Source: Phoronis australis (Eukaryota; Animalia; Phoronida). Taken from it: DNA of 64,000 nt. Positions 37,881 to 50,445 of the stretch are shown here, one piece after another. The notes below the pieces were generated by a model, which saw only the letters and a list, made by a program, of their open reading frames with translations, did no database searches and was not told the DNA's origin. The stretch lies in the NCBI GenBank assembly GCA_002633005.1, contig NMRA01000607.1, forward strand, positions 185,998 through 249,997, in the 5' to 3' direction. The translations under genes and the position numbers were made by a program. Position 1 is the stretch's first letter. Each line of letters starts with the position of its first letter.

Positions 37881-40800
37881 CTGAAATAGAGGCAGATACT
37901 AGCTGACAAATGTTAACTATACATAGGGATTTTCAGCTCGCAGTAGCAATCACGGGTTGTTTTGGAGGTATCACGATGTCGCCTATCTTATTGCACAAGC
38001 TCTATCAAGTTTATGACATTATCACGGTGTGTGTCAAAACGTCTTTTAAAATGGGGATGTTGTCAACAAAGGCCAAACCTAATGCAAAGGTAGGTCAGTG
38101 ACCCACATTGACGTCATCTCGTTTTTGTGTGAGATGCTGCGCTGTTTTGTCACGGGCGGCACAACACTGAAAAAAGGGGTGGCTATACCCCTCCAGCTCC
38201 CTGTAGTGCACCATAGACCATGGGCAGCGCAGCACCGAAAAAAGTGGAAGCTATAGCCTCCCAAGCCCCCCTATGTTGCGCCGCTCATGTTTGTGCCTGG
38301 TTGTTCCGTATATGCAGCGTCTCCAAAAGTGGAACAATATTCCACGATTCCAAATGACCCACGGGTGGTTTGGCAGTGACTGGAGTGTCGTAATATTCTT
38401 GACGGTTATTCAGCATGTCCTAAAGCTATTAATAATCATGCGTCAGTTGAGCTGCAAACTTAAATAAAAAATCACCAGATCGTTTTGCTATCGAGGAGCT
38501 CTCAGGCCGCAACCACTGAACTTTATTATATGAAAATTTTAGAGCAGGATAGGATTGCGTGGATACACACATTGTAAAGTGATAACCAATGAAAATGGAG
38601 CTGACGTGCAGTGTTTTGGCTCGTCTTAGTCAGGAATTTGTTTTATGTTAAATTATAACTTTGGATCATTAATCTGCCTTTTATAAAAAGGAGGTTTTTC
38701 ATTGGAAGGGGAGAAGCGCGTATACGCAGGCTTCTTCCATTTCACGGCGACGCGTCTTAACTGGTGCTGTGCTCCGTATACTCCAGCCAGGCTGTGATTG
38801 GGACAAAAATTTTCACTTGGATCAGAAGCAATGAATTCCATCGCATCCTTCATGAATTATAACCCGTAATTCAACAATCCAACCTCACCGTCAAATTATT
38901 TCAGTGGCCATCATTTTTTAGATTACACTAGTAAGGTGTAGAACATGCAAAGACAAGAACGAGCACTATCCTTTCACTTGCGTCATTTTGCGTGGTCTTA
39001 TGATCTCACTTTTGGCGCAAGAAACCCCTTCTACGTAACGCCACCCTGGCTAGTGTTATTGCTTGCTTCTCTCGTCGGTTTGTCACTAGGCCTTTTCTGA
39101 TCTTGCGTTTTCGCCAGATTCTTGCGTCAACGCAATGTAGCTCGATTCGATCTTTCGAAGCTCCCACTGAAAGTCCTTGGAGACTAATGCCAGCTGCAAA
39201 TACCTTGTGCAATTACGAACTTACACTGTAGTTCCGATATGAGATCTGTGTATACATGTGGGTATCCTTCATGTATTTCACCATTTCAATGACGATGTAT
39301 GCGGCACATGTTATAAACAACACCGACAGTATGCGACGAAGTTTGATCTTCATAACAACCTATAAAAAACAGCCAATCAATAATATTCTAACATTGTAAA
39401 TCCTCCAATCAGCAACTGACTCACATATCTTGTCTTACTGTTTACACGTAGCTAGAAACTTTCTTCACTTTTATCGAACGTTTGGTCCGCAAATAGGGCA
39501 TTCTTCAAGTTCAATTGTAAGCACAAGTGGTTGTAATCTGCATACTCTTTGAAAGGGTGGATTTAGGGGTGCATGGACCTGGGCTTTCTTTACGGACAAG
39601 CTCAAAAAACGCCGTCGGCATGTCGTATTTAGAGACCATTGCAAACATTAGGCTTACCCCGGCCACGTGACACTTCGATGCCCATGATATGAATTTTGAT
39701 GTAGGTCAGTTCCTAAATCCTTTTCCTAAACCCACGATAGAGGCGTTTGTTTACTGACAGTTTTGCCCACTCTAGCTTGCATTCCCGATTAACCACTCTT
39801 AATGAGGGATGGGGCTTACCTCATCAATAACACGTGTCGCGTGTGACTTTTCATATTGTACTTACCACAAATAGAAAATTTGAACGGCTAAATTTTCCAA
39901 TCAGCAAATACAGTTAGAGAAATGACTTGAGAAATACATCTCATCTTTCCTCGCTACACGTGGCATCGAATTCGTTATAGTCTGAGATGTGCCCATATTA
40001 TTGCTACTAGCTCAAAACACCTGGCTCATAACAGAATATTAATGCGACAATCGGATTTCATGGGTAATCAATAAAAGTGTTGTATCCAAAGGCGAACCAC
40101 GTGCGTCACCCGGCAACAAGACAGATGCACTTTGGAGCAAGCGGATAGCATCTGCAAAGGGATAATTTATGTTTGTTTATCATTTTTTTCTCAAAGTTTT
40201 GTTTTTTATCTTTTTTCTTTTTTCAAAGTTTTCCGCTTCATTTGTATTAAAATATTTATCACGTAAGTTTGTTTAAAGTAAGCGAAAATATTATGAAATT
40301 GTTTAATTTACTTTTTAATTTTTGCTTGCGCACAAACAACTTGGCAGTCGAACATCAAATATTTGTGATCTTTAGATAATTGGCACTAAAGTTCACACGT
40401 AATTTATGAACCATCCCAATCTCAAAAGCACCATTCGATGGACAAAATATATTCTATAAGTACTGCGTAAATTCGTGGAAACAGAATAAATAATATCTTT
40501 TATTTGAATCCGAAACAATCTACCATATCGTAATGTTTTATTCAGTCATAATTTAAGTTACTTTAATTGCTCACGTACGTCACATGCATGTATTTGAAAG
40601 GGATCTTGTACCCAAAACATTGATGAATGTCGACACATTCGTGAATCTAAAGCCTTGTTCATCCCATGCGATATTTGTTATGCTACGTACGACGTTAAAA
40701 GTTAAGCTTGTTTAACAAGTTCCCCTCCAAATCTGATCGTTGTCTTTTCTTACAAATTATTAAGAACAGGAATTATTTTTTGCGTAAGCATAAAACCATA

Positions 40801-41384
40801 CAGGCGAGTACACTGAACATGTCTTAGTTCCACTGTAGCAATTCACCACTGACTTCACGGCACACCATTCAATGTATTTGAGCGGTCACTCGATTTTTTT
40901 GTTTGTTAAGTATACTACATGTACAACCCTGGTCCACTTTTTGATTGGCTGAAACTTGGGAACCACCTGTGTGTACTAAACACATATGTCAACCTAACAT
41001 GATCCACATCATTCTCACCTTGAATTATTTTTTCTCAACGTTACGTTTTCACTGCTTCCACACTCAGTAAAATTTGCCTCAGTACCAAGCTGTACCCCAA
41101 GTGAGAACGACCTGATTATGTCCGTGGCAGCAGGTATTGTCAAAAGCACTTACTAATGCACTATTCGGAAATAACAAAATAGTTGGTATGGCAACTAATG
41201 ATAATAATACACTCAACTCCTTTTTGAGTAACACAAATGCTGCATAAAACGCATACAACAGAATAAAAGAAAAAGGCAAATATTTTTGGTGTTTTTTTAA
41301 CGAGGAGTCATAATTACGTAGTTTAATTTTAAAAATATGTACCCAAGGCGTACCAAGAGTGGCGCAGATGAAGCAATATTCCTC

Positions 41385-42020
41385 GAGAAGAAATTATTCC
41401 GCGGAATAATGTCGAGTGGGATAGTACATCATCTACAGTGTACGTCAATAGCGGCACGTTTCGTATTTATACCATACGCTTCGAGTTAAGTTTCTTTCAT
41501 TTTTCGGCAGATTTAGACTGTTCACTTGACGGATCACATCCTATATCTAAGTACTTGAGCGTTATATTATAAGTTTTCTTTAGAATAGCAAAGATTTATC
41601 ACATGAAAAGAGATAACAAAGATGAAAACAACGGTAATTGTGAGTTGAGCTTATAGCATTTCCTTAAAAAAATACATAACAACAATATTTAACATTGTAC
41701 AGATGTATTTACCACACGCAGGCTAATAATTATCAAATATTTAAAACTGAAAGAGAAGCGTCATGTAATTAACAGTTTTGTACCAGATGGTACGTTTTGG
41801 ACCTGATTGCATGTTGACTGTTATTTATACTGCTGCAAATTTATTACTTTAAATTATTTCAGCAAAGTTTCATGATCGAACCGGCAAACGACTCGAATCG
41901 ACATTGACCTACCTTTTGAACTTTACATGGGGGATGACACTAGGAAAAGTTGTCCAGGGAACGCAATACGGGAAACACTGCCGTACTGCACTCAATTTAT
42001 TCAACACGCGTAGGATAAAA
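41385..42020 (-). repeat. Dispersed repeat copy 2
   Basis: Shares blocks such as CGGATCACATCCTATAT, TTGACCTACCTTTTGAACTT and GCGGAATAA.GTCGAGTGGGATA with 785-1500. Confidence 0.75.
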
Positions 42021-43270
42021 TTCAGGATTTCTGAGAGTTAATATGCGTTGCCATCACAAGCATCCAAGCCCAGTCCGATGACATTACTATCGTGTGTTTA
42101 CATAATGTATTGTGGGTGGAAGTGCCTGATTCCTTTTTGATTGAACTTTGGCACAAAACCTGCATTCTATCCAAAAAAATTTTATTCTATTACAAACATG
42201 TTGACAACTTGTTCATAATCTTTACAACTACATCTACAACAAAGTTTCTTGGACTAGTCTTTCCGTGGTATGATTGCATATGCAGTTTAGTTACCATCAT
42301 TGCCAGCCATTTTTATAGATGTTTTTAAAATGTGTAGAAATAATTCTATAGCACACAAGCTAAAAAATCGCAAAAAAGTATCAAATAGTTTGACGTGAAA
42401 AGTCACTTTCTTTATTTCCATGAATATTGACATTGCCTATATAATGATAGTTCCTATCCCACTTTCATTGTTTTCAAACATGATCGTGGGTACTTTATAG
42501 AAAAAATCGTGAACACAATACTATTGTCGTTCAATATTTAGCGCTTTACTTTTTGGGGGTTTGGTAATTATGATGTCCTTGAGAATAGTTTTACTTTCAG
42601 GTCAGGAGATGGTTACATGTGTCTCTAATATAAATAAAATACCCGAGTCACAGATTCCCAAGGTACTAGATTGAAATTGATAATTTTGTAAACAAAAAAC
42701 AAAACAAAAAAACAGCGAATCCAATGTATACAGTAGTTCTGCTGGTTTGACTTCTGTAGTCTTGCTGAAGAACTTCGGAGTTGTCAGTGCATAATATAGA
42801 TTCCATAAATATGGTCATGTCTTTATGTGTTAATATTTGAATAAAATGCCATCCAATTTTACAATTACTGATGAAATACATGTTATTCTGTTCAATATTT
42901 TCAAGGAATGCTTCTTGTCAGTCAATAAATTATTCATTTTGGTTGACCTTGTACAGATCATAGCTGACTGGCAGAAAACAGGAGGAAAATAACGACTGGC
43001 CTCATATGCGAAGAAATGTTATGGCCGTAATATCGAATACATAATCTTTTGGCCTTATTTTCCAGACTATTGCATTATTTCGTGAGACTTGATGGCGTGA
43101 CCTTACAAGCGAGATTTTGCGGTATGTTAAAATCTCCATTGTCTTTCTTCCACACTACTATTGAAGGTTAACTTTTACTTGAATATTTTAAAGATGCATA
43201 TTGTTTTTTTTCAGCCAAAGTCTAGCTTTGCTTGTTGTGAAAGCACAGACATCAATCAGCTTCGCTACCA

Positions 43271-43442
43271 CCAGTGTAGAGGTAAAATTAGAGGTAAGTA
43301 GGCGCCCAATGCCCACCGTATCACCTTCAACGCTGAATTTTGAAAGTGCACTGAATTCCTACTATAATGTATCTTACGGTGTGTAGGCGCAAAATGTGGT
43401 TGGCTGCACCTACGTGCGCCTATACGCCCCACTGCAGCGCTG
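43271..43442 (-). mobile_element. hAT-like MITE, copy 2
   Basis: Reverse-complement homologue of 24927-25087 (ggtaaaattagaggtaagtaggcgccca...ggttggctgcacctac...cactgcagcgctg). Confidence 0.7.
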
Positions 43443-45427
43443 TACATGTACATGTACAGTTCCGTGAGACTAAATAGCAACTTGTGAATAGAGAGAGATC
43501 ACAATATGGTACAAGTCAAGTTACTGACTAATCACAATCCAAATCGCATGGAATCAAAAATGTGACTCTCAGAAAGTGAGGGACTGTCTTGGACTGGGAG
43601 TTTGACTCCCCCCGGGAGTTGAGAACAATTTCGCAACGACTTGACCAGGCTCATAGCCATGCAGGTAATAATTTTGAGATGCTTAGTAATTTCGCAGACC
43701 AATAAACTACTTCGTTTTTTCTGAGTTATATATAATTTAGAGCGCTACATAAATGTGATATAATTATTATTATTATTGAACGCCTCATTCGGGATGCAGT
43801 TCCATCTGCACGACGAGTGGGCCTACTGATGTTGCTGAAGAATGAAAGATTGATCCACGGCAGCGACACCCGGCTCCGACTGATTGGTACGCCGTCAGAG
43901 TTGTGTATTACCCATGACAGCGTTTTCCCGTTCAGTGACTTTACCAGACGTAGGGAGTTCTGAGCGTGTGATAACATCTAGCTTCTTTGTTAACTGCCAA
44001 GCACAGTCTTTTGTCTGCCATGACAACAAGCAGGCCAATTATCTACCAGGCTTATTACATACCACCTGTCAATGTCAGTCAACCATAAATGCCAGAATGG
44101 AGTTAATCAGTCGTGTAAGATATTGGCTACAGGGGTAAACTTCCTTACTTGTTGTTGGGATATAGAATCGAACAAGTTGGGAACAACGGGAAAACCGCGA
44201 ATTGCACTAGAGTCTCGCGCGGTTAATGTCGGTCCTTTGTCTGTCGCGTACACTGTTGATTGGAACACATATCTCGCAATGGTGCGAACAACTGCGCCCA
44301 AGTGAATGTCTCGGTCCACATGTCGCAACACAAAACAAAATTACGTGGTTAGAAATACCGGTAATGCTCTCCAGTACCGTGGGAGGCGCAGCGCTGCGAA
44401 AAAATAAGTGGAGGCTTATAGCCCCGGCCCTGCCTTCAGACCCTATGATGCGGCGTCCACTGATGATAAATCGCCGTGAATACTCCTTTCGTAGCAGAAA
44501 CTGTTGACTTTTCATTCCAATAATTTTTCCTGTTTCTGTGAGATTCCAAAATGACATTCTTGTTCAGCCGCATCTTGCGGCTGATCCAGGTGTACATGTA
44601 TATTCAAAATATGCATTTAAGTCAAAAGTTCTTGCATTCAAGGCGTCTGAGTGCGTGCATGGGAAGTTACCGTAGCGCCATCTTTCCATGGACTTCTTGT
44701 TTCTATGGTGACTTTTTGTCCACTAATTTGGGTGCGTGCATGTAGAACGAAAAAAATACGATACACTAACGCTTTACACTATGGCACAACAATCATGTGA
44801 CTAGGCCCCGGCCACCCACTGAGTCGGTGACTTCAATCAGCCTCTTTTCACAATAGATATATGAATCAGATTTTGTAGCACGCAATTCGGGTAAATGCGA
44901 ATTTTATTTGTATGTTAAAATCATTTAACTGCAGCATTATTTTTATTACGGGGACCTTGCCTTAAAATATTCGTTCGGAGCTAGGACTATAATGTTCATA
45001 TTACTCCCAGGTTCGGAGTAACCCCGCTCCGACCATAGACTGGCTCTACACGGTGCAAGAGCTCGCTGGTTGCCTGGGCGTCCCCAAGGGAGGGAAAAAG
45101 GCATGACGGTGACCAAAACGAGGCTAACCAGGAAGTAACGCTCAACAACAAAACAATGGACATTTCACGCCTGTGGGACATTTGAGGTTCTGTTGTGCAG
45201 TTTTCATTTAGAAAACAGCTGTTGGAAAGTCATCCATGATGCAATTGTTCAGCGTGTTGGAAATGTACAGCAATAATTAGGTAAATAGTTTTCAAATCAA
45301 TAAATTGTTCTAATTCGGCAATTACATCTGTCGTAAACGTGTACTATTCTCTCGTTGTGTGGCGTCATGTGGTGTTGTCTTTGTTCGTCTCTTTGTGTGG
45401 GGTGTTGACATAGTGAGCCAGTGATAG

Positions 45428-45460
45428 GTCACGTGACTCTGGGCACGAGGGGGAATCGGG
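45428..45460 (+). promoter_or_regulatory. Candidate promoter elements upstream of the NTase-TPR first exon
   Basis: Perfect palindromic GTCACGTGAC (CLEAR/USF-type E-box) at 45428-45437 and an adjacent GGGGGAATC (kappaB half-site-like), about 100 bp before the ATG. Confidence 0.4.
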
Positions 45461-45537
45461 GAGTCTATGAAAGGGTGTGGAAAAAGAGAGACGTTCTGGA
45501 GAGCGTAACTAGAAGCGCTCTAAAAAGTGTGACACTG

Positions 45538-45562
45538 ATGGCAAGCCCGGACAAGAAGTTGG
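45538..45562 (+). CDS. Probable first coding exon of NTase-TPR gene
   Basis: ATG GCA AGC CCG GAC AAG AAG TTG G|GTAAGT: perfect donor, phase 1 compatible with the 49149 exon, and preceded by a promoter-like segment. Confidence 0.5.
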
Positions 45563-46021
45563 GTAAGTTGGCTGTCTCTGATGAATTATAGGCCGCTAAT
45601 ATACATCGCTGAATTAGCCTCGAATATCCCGATGACTCGTCATAACAATACATGTCGAGGCTTTCAACTTCAACTGTACCAAATCAAAAAGAAAAAGCGC
45701 GCACATCTTCCTCAGGCCTCGGGCTAATGTTGCATAAACATTCGAAACCTTATCTTTACTTGATCCCATTAAAAATTCCTATGAGTGGTGAATTGTCGAT
45801 GGAATTTTCAAACCAATCTCAAAATTCTGAATTCAAGGACCTAAGACTAAGTGAAATAGTTAACATGGCGGATTCCAGTTGTGCTTAAACTTGGAAGTCT
45901 GTTGAAGATAAAATTTCGTTTTTTAACAAGCAACCCCCATGTATGAAATCTATCCCCAATTTAAATGATGGGCAATTCCATTTGGGCATGATATCACAAT
46001 ATTTAGTGAGCGGACAATGTA

Positions 46022-47120
46022 CATGGGTGAGAAACAACATGACCGCCCAATGACCGCCGGTCCTCTAAATCGGACCGACTCGCTCAAAACAGGACTGACG
46101 CACCTAAAAACATAACCGCCCCTCCACAAACCAGGACCACCGGGGACTTAACGTGTAGTTATCAAGGCTTTAGTACGATATTGCGGTTTATTACGTAACC
46201 GATCTGTTAGCTGTGTAAAGACTATCGCCAAAATAAAGCTTGGCAGCTCTGCCTTATTGAGCTTCGTTACACCCCGAAAATTTCCCACAGCCCGGGTAGT
46301 TGTGCTCATCACCTCGTCGTGAAACTTGCATCAACATCTAGAGCTCGCGACCGGCGCAGGCGCATGCAACATCTAGGAGACAGCCAACACTCACCTTGCA
46401 GGTTGCAACCACTTGAGTGAAAAACAATCTAATGAACTATTGTAACAAAAACTCAGTCGTGCTGGTGACAGGTGCACACGCCATCGCAACAGCAAGATTT
46501 GTTCCGAAGTTCGGTTTGCTGGTCGATTGAAATACTAAAAATTTATAACAAAATGAAACCAGTTTCGATAATTTGTGCCATGTACGCAACCTCTTAGAAG
46601 AGAAGAACAGCTGACTGAAGAATCGGGACTCAGAGAAAACAGGAACCGGTCAATGTAACCCGACCTAAAAGAATGCATTTAAATTTTAGCAGCAGAATAA
46701 CGACAGAATGACAATTTTTCTCGAGCACCGATAAATAATTTGATTTACTCAAGGAAGAGTGTTGTTAATAACACTAATTTGCACAAAGGCTAGTTATGAT
46801 GCTTCACCCTACAACCAGAACTCAAAAGCGCCGCGTATGACAAAGCGAAGTGCCCTGTAGCGCACAAAACATTACGGTGGTTTAATCAGCACAAGACCTG
46901 CATATGCCCACATATATAGCCTCATTGTATGATCTGTGTAGGCCTACCCGTAATAAATCTTAGCGTGTTTTTCGCTGCGGTTTCAGTCCCCGGTGGTCCT
47001 GTTTTGTGGTGGGGCGGTCATGTTTTTAGGTGTGTCAGTCCCATTTTCTTGTGGTGCGATCCCACTTGATCCCATTGGTCCTGTTTAGAGGACCAGCGGT
47101 CATGTTGTTTCTCACCTGTG
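46022..47120. mobile_element. Non-autonomous DNA transposon with about 125-bp TIRs
   Basis: CAYRGGTGAGAAACAACATGACCGC...GGACCACCGGGGACT at 46022-46148, inverted at 46985-47120. Confidence 0.75.
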
Positions 47121-47546
47121 GTGTATGACGTGATGTATTTTGATTTAAAATTTGATCGCAACTGAAGTTGTTCGTTTCGGCACTGTCCGTGGCTTTTCAC
47201 TCCATAAAAAAGGCCTGCCATTGCCAAGTCTTAACACACTTTTGACACTACAACTGATGCCAGTGCTGAAAATTAACTAATATTAATAATGAAGTGTGTG
47301 AGATTCATGCAATTGTGGAAATCATGAATTTAGGCCTTTTGTTCATATTGCATGCATGAAACTGATCAAGTCAGTTCAGTTTTATCCTGGCACACATACA
47401 CGTTGCTGGTATGAAAAAGTTACTGAGAGACTGGGTCATGTTAGCAGGCCAGGGAGTAGTGTCCTGTGTTGGAATTGGGAGAATGTATAGTTTTAACTTA
47501 TAAATTCAGTGAAAGTTTTTAAAATATAATTCTAAGAACTTTAAAG

Positions 47547-47675
47547 AGATGGTTCTGTAAGAAACAACAAATAAATCTACTACTGGACTCAGGTAAGTCC
47601 AGTAGTAGATTTATTTATTGTTTCTTATATTGCCCAACTGGATGACTGAAAACATTCATCGTAGATGGTTCTGTA
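47547..47675 (+). mobile_element. Micro-insertion with hairpin and 13-bp direct flanks, Penelope-like tail
   Basis: AGATGGTTCTGTA at 47547-59 and 47663-75; internal inverted repeat with about 32-bp arms (47558-47627); tail CTGGATGACTGAAAACATTCA. Confidence 0.6.
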
Positions 47676-48549
47676 TGTCGTGAGATTGTGACTTGACCAG
47701 AAACTTTGGATAGTTTTGTTTATAATATGTGAGTATCATTATTTGTATTGGATAGTTATGTAATAGTTAAATAAAACGCAGGTTCTGTCATATGAAGTTG
47801 GTGGATATTCTTCACATGTTCTAGACTGTTCGGGATAGTGAAGGGTTTTTGGTAATGTATATATCCCACTTTCTTTCTAGTGTAGAAAAGTGTTCAAACT
47901 CTAACAGTTTGAGTATTTTCACTGTTATGTTTGAATTTATTTGCCTTGCAGGCTTAAGTCTCTGAATAATTTTATCACTGTAGCTTACAGGCATATTTTT
48001 TCCTGTGGAATGCAGAACCAACTACTATCTATTTTTAAAAATTTTAAAGTTGGATTAACTTATAATTCAAGAAAGCAGCAAATAATTTTGAATTAAAAGT
48101 TTTCACTGTCCCAATGGGAGCAGTTTGTGTGCCTGTCGTAGGAATATCTGTCAGTCCATTTTTAAGTTTTATAACAGGTAAATTTAGATGTTACATTATT
48201 GTGAGATGTATATTTTTGCGTTTCATGTTTGTCTTTACAATAAATAGTATAAGAAAACTGGATGGTAGTATAAAATCTATCTCCAAAATCCTTCAGAAAA
48301 TGGGTGACATTTACAAGAGTCAGGTTTTATTATAGAACATTTACAACATTTAGTTTTGGACTCAGCATCATGCAAGGTATCAGTTTGATGTAAAGAGGCT
48401 GAAATAATCATCCAGACGTGAAACATAGTGGTTTATCAGACATTGAAAAGAACAAAAAATGGGATTACACATGTTTCTAGTTGAAAACATGCAGTAACTG
48501 TAAATACTTAGGGATTGTATTGTGTAATATCGAATTTTCTCACATGACC

Positions 48550-48935
48550 TGAAATGTGTCACGTCACGACTGGTTAATAGCACAGAGTACTTAATTTTTG
48601 ATATTACATGGGTGATTCACAAAATAGTGCAAAGTAGAAATTCATGTACCTTAAACATTATCGTCTGCAAAACACACATGCCAACAACCAATCATTGCGG
48701 GAATTCCATGAAGGTGACAAGGTTACCATTGACAAATCGAACACGCTTCAGTATGACATCCAAAGCAGTAGTATGATGTACATACTCCCAATCGGAGGGA
48801 CGTGCAAACATCTTCTTAAACGGACCCATCTTCGGCAGCAAATTCCATATTGACGTTCATTCAAACGGAGATGAACCTCAACTCAAAAAACCACTCGGTG
48901 AGACAAGCTGTGCTGTCTCGAGGTCAATTCATTGC
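48550..48935 (+). repeat. Dispersed repeat, copy 2
   Basis: Direct homologue of 4720-5095 with small indels. Confidence 0.8.
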
Positions 48936-49148
48936 TCAAGTTGATAACTTGCTATAACTATAAATATGTACTGGGGATTGCGTTGTATAGTAAATTATGT
49001 AGGACAATGTGCTGCAGCACTCTGGTACAAAATGCCAGCAAAGCAATGAATATGCTGAATTGTTTTCTTGTCTTGCACTCAGGTTAACTGCAAATGTTTT
49101 CAATTCATCGACAGCTGAGAACCTGTTAACCATTTTGTCTGTTTCCAG

Positions 49149-49319
49149 ATCTCACTCAAGACTCGGTTTTAACTATGGATTGTGCCCAAAGCAAATTGTG
49201 TGAGGGTACAGGAAGTACAGACGACAACAGTTCTCTGACGTCTCACACAACTAGTCTGCTTCAATCAACATCTGAAGATCAACGTGAGTCCATAGGTTCC
49301 AATAAAATCGTTGAAAAGG
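49149..49319 (+). CDS. NTase-TPR gene, Ser/Thr-rich exon copy A
   Basis: TTTCCAG acceptor and GTAAT donor; 171 nt open, phase 1-1. Encodes DLTQDSVLTMDCAQSKLCEGTGSTDDNSSLTSHTTSLLQSTSEDQRESIGSNKIVEK. Paralogous to 52987-53145. Confidence 0.65.
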
Positions 49320-49419
49320 GTAATTAATATGGAACGCGAAAAAGAAAGTTATTAGAATTTTTTCAACTTATTGTAAACTTCATTGAAAACATGACTGGAC
49401 TTTTTTCACAGGTTAATAC

Positions 49420-49690
49420 ATTTGATCGGCAAGTATTCAATGTCGAAGTCCAACGCATAAAACAAGTTCTGGTTAACATTGGTTATACTAATTCTTTTGT
49501 TGATAATCATGTTAAGTCTTTCATATCTAGGATCAAATATCATGTTGACACTGAACCTAAGAACCAGTAAGAATGAGAATTATAAGAACTTTATGTCTAA
49601 TAATTATCTGAGTGATAAACTTATAAAGGCATAACAAGATTGTAAGGGATAATGTTAAGGTGGTCAAACCTGGTGATAGATTGAAGTCAC
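49420..49690 (+). mobile_element. Penelope-like element fragment (post-RT linker/thumb)
   Basis: Translates ...FNVEVQRIKQVLVNIGYTNSFVDNHVK, resembling the PLE E...L..NGY...F(I/V) motif; degenerates downstream. Confidence 0.6.
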
Positions 49691-50445
49691 GTAACTTTGT
49701 CATGAAAAACAACCCCAGTCGTGAAAGATTGCCACCAGTGGCCAGATTTAGTGCTGTTTACCGATTCACATGCCATATAGACGTATGTCTTCGACCTCGT
49801 TGTCATGAACAGTAACATTGGACTCAGTGTGTTCTCTCTCCCGGTGGTTGTCCATGCACTTGTTAGGTCATTTTTGTGATATTTAGATTTATGAAGCTTT
49901 GAAGAAGAATTATTATCAGAGTTATGTTTGTAACTATATAGCCAGTTTTTGCCACTACACCATACCACAGCTTAGTGATCATGCTATGTTGAAAATTAAC
50001 TGAAAGCTACCTTTACTCGAAGAAACTACAAAAAATGCGAAGTTCATCAGAAGGTAGGCCTAACTTAAATGTCTTAGGTGCAAAATTTATGACCAATTCC
50101 GTACTTTAAATTGACTGACTTGGACACAGCCTGAGACCTACTGGAGCTAACTGCTTGCCTAGGACAAGATGAATGTGTACCCGAGCTATGAACCTGAGTT
50201 TTTTTAATCAGAATATCCTGTTTGAAGATTAGAAAAGCGTTAACAGTGCTATCAACTCGACCTTTACTCGCGGAGTTTCACCAGTTGTGACCTACTTTTC
50301 ATTTGGCAGAATATAGCTGACGACAGAATAGAAATATCGGTGAATCTTCACTGATTTTGTTCAAAAGATCATGAAATCTATTGCATCGCACAGATTATTC
50401 AACTTTAAGCTGCATATCCAGCTTTACATGAACATATCGGATTAC

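Noticed and set aside
43726-44745. Overlapping ORFs as retroelement or gene
   Set aside because: No RT, integrase, gag or other domain motifs recognised in the frames I read; includes a small MITE-like piece.
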